A stretch of DNA of 64,000 nucleotides from an uncultured bacterium (GTDB lineage: Bacteria; Patescibacteriota; Patescibacteriia; Patescibacteriales; UBA12465): assembly GCA_903874345.1 (NCBI GenBank), contig CAIQRY010000065.1:2679-66678 (forward strand), given 5' to 3'. A program made the translations under genes and the position numbers. Shown here in pieces: positions 19,556 through 27,482 of the stretch. The notes beneath the pieces are model-generated. The model did not search any database. It was not told the DNA's origin and saw only the letters and a list, made by a program, of their open reading frames with translations. Numbering within the stretch: the first letter of the stretch is position 1; each line of letters starts with the position of its first letter.

Positions 19556-21568
19556 TTACTTCTTTTTACTGACTGCTTCATTAATAACTGCCAAATCAAC
19601 CAGGTAAGGCAAGGTAATCTGCCCGTCACGATTTCCTTTGTTCCACTCCGCTGCAGTTTTTAATGCGCCGTCTTTCCTGGCCCAAGCGCGACGAGCGACT
19701 CCGCCCATCACATCCCAGGACAATCCGCATTTGATAATCCTATCCACTCGTTTGGTGCCATCCAGGAGCAGGCTGTTACCGCCATTAATGGCCCGGCCAA
19801 TACCGACCCCGCCACCGTTAGACAGAACGACCATGGTAAAACCGCGAGCGACATTACCGGCAAAACATTGCGTCGCCATATCGGCTGTTGGTTTGCTACC
19901 GTCATAGATATTAGCCGTTTCCCGATTAGGCGAATCCGTGCCGGAAACGTCGTGGTGGTCACGGCCCAACATAATCGGTCCGATCTCGCCGTTTCTAACT
20001 GCCTTATTGAAAGCCAAGGCGATTTTTATCCTTCCCTGTTCGTCGTTGTACATGATGCGCGCCTGGGTGCCAAGAACTAAATCGTTTTTCTCGGCATCGG
20101 CAATCCATTGGTAATTGTCGCGGTGCAAGGAACTCTGGGTCGGATCAATCAGAGACATCACAATTTGATCCGTCTTTTTCAGGTCTTCTTTTTTCCCGCT
20201 CAAACAAACCCAGCGGAATGGTCCGAAGCCATGGTCGAAACAAATCGGCCCCATGATATCCTCGACATAGGAAGGCCAGATGAATCCGTCGTTGGTGTTC
20301 ACGCCGTTTTTAGCAATTTCCTTAAGGCCGGATTTGAAAACGGCATTCATAAAATTATTGCCGTAGTCCCAGAAACGAACGCCCCGCTCGGTCAGATTTT
20401 TAATCGCTATGAAATGGCGCTTTAATGATTCGTCAACCATTTTTTTAAAGCGTGTCTTCTTTTTACTGAGTAGATAGCGGCCTTCTGCAAAATCAACGTC
20501 CACTGGCGTATAACCGCCTTCATAAGCAGCGTGACAGGACGTTTGATCAGAAAGCAAATCGACATCCACATGATAATCAACCAGGTATTCGAGCAGATCA
20601 ACGATGTTACCGTGATAGGCGAGAGCCAGGGGTTGTTTGGATAATTTGTACTTCTCAATCAAATAAGCAACTTCGCTCAAATCAGAAGTATATTGATCAA
20701 TCCAGCCCCTCTCCTTGCGCAGCTTAATGCGTCCCTGATCAACTTCGGCAATAACAGCGATTCCGCCAGCAATCTTAACAGCTTTGGGCTGAGCGCAGGA
20801 CATGCCGCCCAAACCAGAAGAAACAAAACATTTACCGGCTAAATTCTGATCTTCGCGCACGCCTAAATACTGTCGGGCGGCGTTAAGGATAGTAATATAG
20901 GTACCATGAATGATGCCCTGAGTACCGATATACATCCAGCCGCCGGCCGTCATCTGACCATAATTAGAAACGCCCAGAGCAGCCAGTCGCTTGAACTCTT
21001 CGGCATTATCCCATTCACCGACCAGTAAAGCGTTGGTGCAGATAACGCGCGGCGCATTGACCGAGGACTTAAAAAGCCCAACCGGATGCCCCGAACTGAT
21101 AACCAGAGTCTGATCACGGCGCATTGCCTGTAAATATTTCTTGACCAGGAGATACTGCATCCAATTCTGAAAAGTCTGCCCAGTCTCGCCATAGGTGACG
21201 AGCTCATAGGGATAAAGAGCGACATCGAAGTCAAGATTATTATCAATCATGACTTGCAAGGCCCGGGCTTCAGGGATGCCTTCATATTGGTCCATCGGCT
21301 TTCCGTAAATCCTTCCTTCGGGACGGAAACGATAAGCATAAATTCGGCCGCGAGTTCGGAGCTCTTCTAAGAATTCATCGACCAGATCAGCGTGCCTTTC
21401 GGCGGGAATGTAACGTAACGCGTTTCGGAGCGCCAGTTCAATCTCCTTCGGTTCAAGCTCTAAAGCGCGATCAGGCGCTCGCATGAATTTCGGGTCGAAA
21501 GTTTTTGGCGGCGGTAATTCGGCTGATAACTTGATTTCCATAGAATCAGCAATGTCTGAATTTCTCAT
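19556..21568 (-). CDS. hutU: Urocanate hydratase (urocanase), long form
   Basis: 670 aa; YGQMTAGGWMYIGTQGIIHGT matches the urocanase signature (GQMTAGSWIYIGPQGIVHGT), NAD-binding Rossmann segments. Confidence 0.9.
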   Translation of the reverse strand: MRNSDIADSMEIKLSAELPPPKTFDPKFMRAPDRALELEPKEIELALRNALRYIPAERHADLVDEFLEELRTRGRIYAYRFRPEGRIYGKPMDQYEGIPEARALQVMIDNNLDFDVALYPYELVTYGETGQTFQNWMQYLLVKKYLQAMRRDQTLVISSGHPVGLFKSSVNAPRVICTNALLVGEWDNAEEFKRLAALGVSNYGQMTAGGWMYIGTQGIIHGTYITILNAARQYLGVREDQNLAGKCFVSSGLGGMSCAQPKAVKIAGGIAVIAEVDQGRIKLRKERGWIDQYTSDLSEVAYLIEKYKLSKQPLALAYHGNIVDLLEYLVDYHVDVDLLSDQTSCHAAYEGGYTPVDVDFAEGRYLLSKKKTRFKKMVDESLKRHFIAIKNLTERGVRFWDYGNNFMNAVFKSGLKEIAKNGVNTNDGFIWPSYVEDIMGPICFDHGFGPFRWVCLSGKKEDLKKTDQIVMSLIDPTQSSLHRDNYQWIADAEKNDLVLGTQARIMYNDEQGRIKIALAFNKAVRNGEIGPIMLGRDHHDVSGTDSPNRETANIYDGSKPTADMATQCFAGNVARGFTMVVLSNGGGVGIGRAINGGNSLLLDGTKRVDRIIKCGLSWDVMGGVARRAWARKDGALKTAAEWNKGNRDGQITLPYLVDLAVINEAVSKKK

Positions 21569-21667
21569 AATAAAGGTTTAGGGTTAATAATTGACTATTT
21601 TAAATTTGTAAAGGACAAATCACTAAGCGTGATTAAATATCTTAGCTCTTCCCGGCGCCTCACGTCA

Positions 21668-21695
21668 ATAAAAAACTCGCTTATTTCTAAGCGAG
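21668..21695 (-). terminator. Rho-independent terminator immediately 3' of tRNA-His on the minus strand
   Basis: CTCGCTTA-TTTC-TAAGCGAG perfect 8 bp stem followed (minus strand) by a UUUUUU run. Confidence 0.75.
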
Positions 21696-21701
21696 CTCTC
21701 G

Positions 21702-21776
21702 GGGGTATGACGGGGTTCGAACCCGCGACCCTCAGATCCACAATCTGATGCTCTAACCAACTGAACTACATACCCC
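21702..21776 (-). tRNA. tRNA-His (anticodon GTG) with genomically encoded G-1 paired to C73; CCA not encoded
   Basis: Reverse complement folds as a cloverleaf: 7 bp acceptor GGGTATG/CATACCC plus extra 5' G opposite C73, D-arm GTTC/GAGC with AGTTGGTTA loop. Anticodon stem TCAGA/TCTGA with loop TTGTGGA, T-arm GCGGG-TTCGAAC-CCCGT. Confidence 0.9.
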
Positions 21777-21844
21777 GTATATTTTTATAATAAAGATCTA
21801 TTTAATTTTCTTTTTATAATACCAAAATAATTAAATAATGTCAA

Positions 21845-22522
21845 CTATGACTTATTTTTATATACAATCTCAGAATATAGAGATTTCTTCTTATTATAAA
21901 ATTTGGCCCACTCCTTATCACCATAAGAAAAATGCCACCACTCACCATAAAACGGGGCTAGTCCTTGGGCGACTAATAAATTATGAAGAAGAGTTCGATT
22001 AGCTATTTGTTTCCGACTAATTTTTTTTGAAAAAGTTTTTATTTTTTCCGAGTCATGATAGTCCGCAATCTTCGTCCCCATATCTAATTCTCGACCCTGA
22101 GAAACTATTGTTATGTCGACCGCTCCGCCAACGCTATGGCCAGCGACATCTGGCGAAGCCACAAAATTATGAGTTAATGACGTTAACGCAAAATCATTTA
22201 ATCGAGGATATTTTTCGGCCAACTTCTTTTTAAATTGTTTGAAATATTTCTGCTGAATAGCGGGGTGACGATAACCATAAACTATCTTTAATTTAGCCTC
22301 GGGTAATAATTTTTGCAGTTTTTGATTGGCTCTATTTAATTTGACTCCTAAACTTTTCCGAACCAAAATATTAAAACCAACATAAGGTCGCATGTCTTTT
22401 TTTTGATAATGGCAGATTATGTCCGGATAAAGCTTATTTAAAACAACTAGCGGTTCTTTATTATCGCCACCGGCAATTTTTTGTAAATCCTGATATTTTA
22501 AAATTTTTTTTACTCTTGGCAT
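21845..22522 (-). CDS. M15 family D-Ala-D-Ala dipeptidase/carboxypeptidase (VanX/VanY-like)
   Basis: SPDVAGHSVGGAVDITI (SxHxxGxAxD zinc motif) and EWWHFSYGD (VanX EWWH motif); 225 aa. Confidence 0.7.
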   Translation of the reverse strand: MPRVKKILKYQDLQKIAGGDNKEPLVVLNKLYPDIICHYQKKDMRPYVGFNILVRKSLGVKLNRANQKLQKLLPEAKLKIVYGYRHPAIQQKYFKQFKKKLAEKYPRLNDFALTSLTHNFVASPDVAGHSVGGAVDITIVSQGRELDMGTKIADYHDSEKIKTFSKKISRKQIANRTLLHNLLVAQGLAPFYGEWWHFSYGDKEWAKFYNKKKSLYSEIVYKNKS

Positions 22523-22560
22523 AAATAATCCCTTTATTTTTTAAATTTTAACACATTTTT

Positions 22561-22590
22561 TTAAAAAAGCCCACCTAAAAAGGCGGGCTT
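22561..22590 (-). terminator. Terminator after the GNAT gene (minus strand)
   Basis: GCCCACC/GGCGGGC stem (one mismatch) with flanking A/T runs. Confidence 0.5.
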
Positions 22591-22610
22591 TTGCATTTAT
22601 CATTTTTATT

Positions 22611-23186
22611 TCAAACGATTTCGCCATACAAATAAATTCGGCATTTACTCGCGGAGACAACGCCGATAGCGGAAACATCCTGGCAGAAGCCATTTATTTT
22701 CTTGGCTCCCAACTTAAGATAAATTCCCAAGGAATTACTACCTTCAGACGCAGTGCGCATCACATAAGTTTTGATTCCCTGTCCTTTGGCCCAGACCCAA
22801 CGCTGCTTAATTAACTCAGTGCCAATTCCTCGCTGTCGATAATCAGACATAACGGCCACTTCCGACATATAGCACGCGTCAATCCAGGAAAAAGGTAATT
22901 TCAAATTATGACTCAGAGAATCACGAACATCGCTGTTCGGTTCACCGGCCTGAATTTGTTTAAGTGGGATACTACAACTTAAACCGACAACTTGTTCATC
23001 AGCCAAGGCTAAAAAGATACAGCCTTTGCTCAAGTGCGGTTTCCAAACCCAGTTAAGAACCTCATCGCTTTGATAAGTTTCAAAGTAGGGCGGACCAGCA
23101 AAAACCTCTTTATAAACCTGGATAAATTCTGCTTGATAATGTGCGGAGGAGTCTGCTGTCACTTGGACAAATTTAATTTCCGGCAT
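22611..23186 (-). CDS. GNAT family N-acetyltransferase
   Basis: Motif A RQRGIGTELI, 191 aa. Overlaps the upstream gene by 14 nt. Confidence 0.75.
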   Translation of the reverse strand: MPEIKFVQVTADSSAHYQAEFIQVYKEVFAGPPYFETYQSDEVLNWVWKPHLSKGCIFLALADEQVVGLSCSIPLKQIQAGEPNSDVRDSLSHNLKLPFSWIDACYMSEVAVMSDYRQRGIGTELIKQRWVWAKGQGIKTYVMRTASEGSNSLGIYLKLGAKKINGFCQDVSAIGVVSASKCRIYLYGEIV

Positions 23187-23928
23187 CTTTTACCTCCATT
23201 TCGCTTTTTAAGATTACATCATTCGATTCAATTAAGACTTCGATCATCTGACCGGTCGGTTGAATTATTCGACTGGCGCTCAAAACTCGAGCAGCCGCAA
23301 TAGAACCAGAGCCGCAAGACGATTCGTAAAAGAAAGAATCAACTCCTTTGACCCAGACGACAGGATCAATTTTTACTTCCGAGCCTACCCGGCTAGTCCA
23401 AATAACACCAACAGCTTCCCGATTTTCCAAACCAAGCGTTTTAACAACCTGGCGGTGTTCACTTTCGTAACTTTTGCTAGGAAATTCCGTTTCCATCACG
23501 ACATGAACAATCCCTCCTAAATCGACTAAAGTGGCCGGCTGGTTTAAAGATAATGCTTTAATCTTAAGTGGCATATTCGGGAAACGGCATTGCACGAAAA
23601 ATTTATTCTGTCCCAAATCTTTAACCTGACCCTGAACTAAGCCAGGAAAACCGGACATCGTGAATTCAACTTGATGCTGTTTTTTAATCTGCGCGAAAAG
23701 AATAGCGACCGCCCGTGCGGCGTTACCGCAAAATTCTCCACCGCTCATTTCAAAATGATTATCGCTAACAATCAAAAAGCCGGCTTGCTCAACCTGCTGC
23801 GCTTGATTATTATTAATTAGATCTCGGCCCAGATTTTCATACTCGGCCTTTGTTTTTGGCACAGCTAACACCTGGATAGCCGTGATGTTCCCGCCGGCAG
23901 CGGCGATGATGTACAGATTCTTGTCCAT
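23173..23928 (-). CDS. Diaminopimelate-epimerase-like protein (DapF/PhzF fold, PLP-independent racemase family)
   Basis: Two Cys-containing half-site motifs, GGEFCGNAARAV (cf. DapF MCGNGAR) and ESSCGSGSIAAARV (cf. DapF ACGTGA); 251 aa. Confidence 0.5.
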   Translation of the reverse strand: MDKNLYIIAAAGGNITAIQVLAVPKTKAEYENLGRDLINNNQAQQVEQAGFLIVSDNHFEMSGGEFCGNAARAVAILFAQIKKQHQVEFTMSGFPGLVQGQVKDLGQNKFFVQCRFPNMPLKIKALSLNQPATLVDLGGIVHVVMETEFPSKSYESEHRQVVKTLGLENREAVGVIWTSRVGSEVKIDPVVWVKGVDSFFYESSCGSGSIAAARVLSASRIIQPTGQMIEVLIESNDVILKSEMEVKDAGN

Positions 23929-24011
23929 ATTAAACTGAATTTATTTGTTTTTACTATTTTAAAAGAGCGCTTGTCTTCTTAACTACTAAGAAGGGTCCGA
24001 ATCAGCAAAAA

Positions 24012-24344
24012 TTATTCCTGATTCCGACTCTGCTTGGTAGCCGAGTCGGAATGGTGGTGCGCTCTTATTTTATCAATTATTGTCTTATAACCGTTCATGC
24101 CATGATTAAGCCATTTCGAAATACGAGCAATCGTCGCGGAACTTAATCCGGTTTCCTTTTCGATTTCGATATACGATTTCTTGTTTTCAAGCATTTGGGC
24201 GGCATGCCACCGTTTACCGAATTCAAGAATTTCTTGCTCGGTCAAAAGATCGCGAAAAAACCGGCGCGCTTCATCAAGATCATTCAATCTGAGAATCGCT
24301 TCGTATAAATCGGCGGAAAATATATTGTTATTATCTTTAATCAT
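24012..24344 (-). CDS. TrpR-like DNA-binding protein (YerC/YecD family)
   Basis: 110 aa; ...GLSSATIARISKWLNHGMNGY... resembles the YerC/YecD helix-turn-helix family. Confidence 0.6.
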   Translation of the reverse strand: MIKDNNNIFSADLYEAILRLNDLDEARRFFRDLLTEQEILEFGKRWHAAQMLENKKSYIEIEKETGLSSATIARISKWLNHGMNGYKTIIDKIRAHHHSDSATKQSRNQE

Positions 24345-24410
24345 TTTTTCACTTCACCTTAATAAAGCACTTTATCATATTAAAGCATCGGCAAATACTT
24401 GTCAAGAGAT

Positions 24411-24440
24411 ATAAAAAACTCCCTTCTTCGGGGAGTTTAT
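24411..24440 (-). terminator. Rho-independent terminator 3 nt after the methyltransferase stop (minus strand)
   Basis: AAACTCCC-TTCTTCG-GGGAGTTT 8 bp stem with an A-run on plus (U-run on minus). Confidence 0.7.
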
Positions 24441-24443
24441 TGG

Positions 24444-25094
24444 TTATTTCTGGATACGCCAGAGGATTACTTCGTCCTCGAGGCTGATTTCTCCTTCCGG
24501 CGGATAAACCTTGGTCATGTGCTGAAAAAGAGCGAGCCGGCTCCCGTAGCTTTTATACAGACTACGTATCAAGTCATCACGATTGTCAAAAACCCAGTCA
24601 ACCGTGTAATTGAAATTTGTTTTGCGTTTCGAATGAAAAAGGCGCAAGCTAAAATCCGCTTTGGCTAAAACAGCAGTTTCATCATGAACCGGTGCTAAAA
24701 AGCGACAATATTCACCATTGGCCACTGGTTCAATCACAATGATTTCGCCGCCAGGAATTAGGACCCGATAAGCCTCGACGATTGCTTTTATTGGTTCGGG
24801 ATGGTGGTGTAAAGAATAGGAAAAGAACACAAAGTCAAAAAGATTATCGTCGAAGATGAATAAATCATCGCCTGACATCACTCGGCAATCGAACTTATCG
24901 ATATGCTCTTGTAATTTTTTCTTAGTGATAGCCAACTTTTTTTCGTCGGGATCTATCGCTATTAAGCTAGCCCCCTCAGCAATCAACATTTCTGAAAAAT
25001 ATCCTTCACCGCAACCGATTTCCAGGACGTTTTTACCAGAAAAATTTAATAAAGAAAGAAGGCCTCTTTCGGTTTGCAAACGATCTCTTATCAT
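24444..25094 (-). CDS. Class I SAM-dependent methyltransferase
   Basis: Motif I VLEIGCGEGYFS, motif post-I IAIDPDE, GGEIIVIEP; 216 aa. Confidence 0.75.
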   Translation of the reverse strand: MIRDRLQTERGLLSLLNFSGKNVLEIGCGEGYFSEMLIAEGASLIAIDPDEKKLAITKKKLQEHIDKFDCRVMSGDDLFIFDDNLFDFVFFSYSLHHHPEPIKAIVEAYRVLIPGGEIIVIEPVANGEYCRFLAPVHDETAVLAKADFSLRLFHSKRKTNFNYTVDWVFDNRDDLIRSLYKSYGSRLALFQHMTKVYPPEGEISLEDEVILWRIQK

Positions 25095-25154
25095 AAACAG
25101 TTTATTTTGTGGGTTTAATTGTTAAATGACAGTCTTGAAAAATAATCCCTTATC

Positions 25155-26555
25155 TTATCTACTCCTCGCCTTTTTGTCAATTATAAACTTTCGAGATATA
25201 AATAACAAAATAATTAAAGCTCCATAATACGCCCCGCCCCACCACCAATTAAAATCATTAATCGTAACCGCGGCCCAGGTCGGGCGCGCTAAAAAATTAG
25301 CAACGATAAAAATAAATTTTAAAAGAAAATAAGACAGTCCGAACCAGAGTGGCGCCAAAGCAGGTAAAAGCGCGGCCAGAAACAAAGCGATGATAAGCGA
25401 GCCTAAAATAAAAGGAAAAGCCCAAAGCAATAATAAATTAGCCAGCGGCGCGATAAGGGATAATTGTTTAAAATTAATAAGAGCAACCGGCAAAATCACA
25501 ATCTGCGAAACTAAAGTCAGATTAATAGTTTCTAAACCGGTCTTAATTATTTTAACGGTTCCCCGCCCCCATTTTTTATGCTCCAGCCATTTTTTCGTTA
25601 AAGTTTCTCCCAAGGGATAAATATAAATGATTCCTAAAAGAGCGACAAAAGATAGCTGAAAACCAATATCCGCCCGCAAGAGCCGCGGATTAAATACAAG
25701 CATCGCGGACGCGGAAAAAATCAAAGCATTAATTAAGGAGCTCTGCCGATTATAATAAACCGCCAAAAAAGCCAAGCCACCCATAATCGCCGACCGGACG
25801 GCGGAAGCGGCGAGGCCAGTCACGAGCGGATATAAAAATAAAAAACCAAAAATAATAATTAAGGAGCGACGGCGGCTAAGCCCTAGGGTCAGAAAGAAAT
25901 TAATAATCATGGCGCTGAGTATCGTGATATGCGAACCGGAAATGGCAATTATATGGCTTATGCCGACACGAGAAAAAATTTGCAAATCGCTTTTCAAAAC
26001 TGTCCGATTATAACCGAGCAGGAGGGCGTCAGCTAAACCGGCCTCTGGCTCGGGCAAAGCGCGCTCCATAATTTCTTTTAAACGCCATTTAAAACGCAGG
26101 AGATTTAAATAAATTTTCTGGGAATAGCTTAAAATTCCCGAACTGCTTTCAATTTTCGGATAATACATGACCGAATAAATATCATAACGCGCCAAATAAT
26201 TTTCATAATCAAAGCCCTCTATTTTCGGCGGTGTTTCTAAGCGACCGCTGATTTTAAGCCAATCGCCATAATTATAAACGGGATATAAATTAGTCGTCAC
26301 CAACACTCGGCCGTTAGCGCAAACGGTTAAACGCCGGCTTTTAACATCAACATCGGCCTCCTCGCAAACGCGGCCAATAAGACTGATATAATGGCCATTA
26401 GAAGCAGCTAACTCTCCCGGCTTGACTACCGGCCGAAAGGCATTAATCCGAAAACCCAATATCCAAACCATAAAAATCGTCCAGAAATTAAGCAACAAAA
26501 AAATTCGCGCTGGGGTTAAGCGCTGGGGTGGCCGACGCCGTAAGGAAAAAGCCAT
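25155..26555 (-). CDS. comEC: ComEC/Rec2 family competence membrane protein (core channel domain only, no metallo-beta-lactamase domain)
   Basis: 466 aa polytopic; competence-domain signature GISHIIAISGSHITIL; N-terminal DUF4131-like region. Confidence 0.75.
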   Translation of the reverse strand: MAFSLRRRPPQRLTPARIFLLLNFWTIFMVWILGFRINAFRPVVKPGELAASNGHYISLIGRVCEEADVDVKSRRLTVCANGRVLVTTNLYPVYNYGDWLKISGRLETPPKIEGFDYENYLARYDIYSVMYYPKIESSSGILSYSQKIYLNLLRFKWRLKEIMERALPEPEAGLADALLLGYNRTVLKSDLQIFSRVGISHIIAISGSHITILSAMIINFFLTLGLSRRRSLIIIFGFLFLYPLVTGLAASAVRSAIMGGLAFLAVYYNRQSSLINALIFSASAMLVFNPRLLRADIGFQLSFVALLGIIYIYPLGETLTKKWLEHKKWGRGTVKIIKTGLETINLTLVSQIVILPVALINFKQLSLIAPLANLLLLWAFPFILGSLIIALFLAALLPALAPLWFGLSYFLLKFIFIVANFLARPTWAAVTINDFNWWWGGAYYGALIILLFISRKFIIDKKARSR

Positions 26556-26618
26556 AAAAAAATGCTGTTAGGTTTAGTAACAGCATTGTAACAAATGAGT
26601 TATGAAGAAAAGATAAAC

Positions 26619-27428
26619 TTAAGTGCCGTGCCGAATTTTATGGGCCAGGCCTTCGAACCATCTTTTCCCGGCAAAATTCAGGAATCCGACTAAGATGAAC
26701 AAGGTGACCAAGGTTAGAAACGTCGCTTTAATGATATCTATTTCTTTGCCAATACTTATTTCTACCAAGCGGTAAAAATAACAAAAGAATATACCAATGG
26801 AGAAAATCGCCATTATAATATTGAAGACCTTGTACGGCTTGGAGGGATTTAAGGGTTCGATAATAAAGGCGGCGCTGATTTGAAAACAAGCGCTCATCAC
26901 CAGAAGAATTTCCAAGTGATAATTACCAAAATAGGTTAGGCCGGCACTGATGATAACGATTAACACCAGGAATACATAGAAGAGATGGAAAAGCGGTAAT
27001 CGCAAATAACGCAGACGATGAAATAGTTTGTATCTCCACTCTTCATCAGGAATCGCTAAGAACAAAAGGCCAGCGACAATTACCGAGAGACAAAGCAAAA
27101 ATATCGTAGCGACCATGCCGCTTGAATCTCCATAATGATCAACTATGAAAATAACATAGTTGATTAAGCTGACAACAAAAAAGAAGCCACTCGCGGTTAA
27201 TATCGTATAAAAAATCTCGGGATTTTCAGCTCGTTTGGCCGTCTTAAAAGCTAAGGGCAGACAAAGAGCGGCGCTGATGACGGCATAAAAAAGAAGCTCG
27301 GGATTAGCTACCTTGCCTTGCCCAAGAAATAAAATCGACGCCAGGAGCAAAATCATACTGGTAATCTTCAAAAATGAGTTTTTCATGGTTACGGGTTTAA
27401 GGTAAATACTAAAATTGTTAAGGTCCAA
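26619..27428 (-). CDS. Hypothetical polytopic membrane protein
   Basis: 269 aa, 7-8 predicted hydrophobic helices, no known motif. Confidence 0.5.
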   Translation of the reverse strand: MDLNNFSIYLKPVTMKNSFLKITSMILLLASILFLGQGKVANPELLFYAVISAALCLPLAFKTAKRAENPEIFYTILTASGFFFVVSLINYVIFIVDHYGDSSGMVATIFLLCLSVIVAGLLFLAIPDEEWRYKLFHRLRYLRLPLFHLFYVFLVLIVIISAGLTYFGNYHLEILLVMSACFQISAAFIIEPLNPSKPYKVFNIIMAIFSIGIFFCYFYRLVEISIGKEIDIIKATFLTLVTLFILVGFLNFAGKRWFEGLAHKIRHGT

Positions 27429-27482
27429 TCTAAATTTTAATTTTCAAATTATCTTACAATTAAAAACTAATTATGTCAATCT

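Noticed and set aside
14900-21800. Looked for a direct repeat of the tRNA-His 3' end to delimit an integrated island
   Set aside because: No copy of the GGTTCGAACC...ACCCC segment was seen by eye near 14.8-15.0 kb or elsewhere nearby. The island hypothesis stays open but is unsupported by attachment-site evidence.
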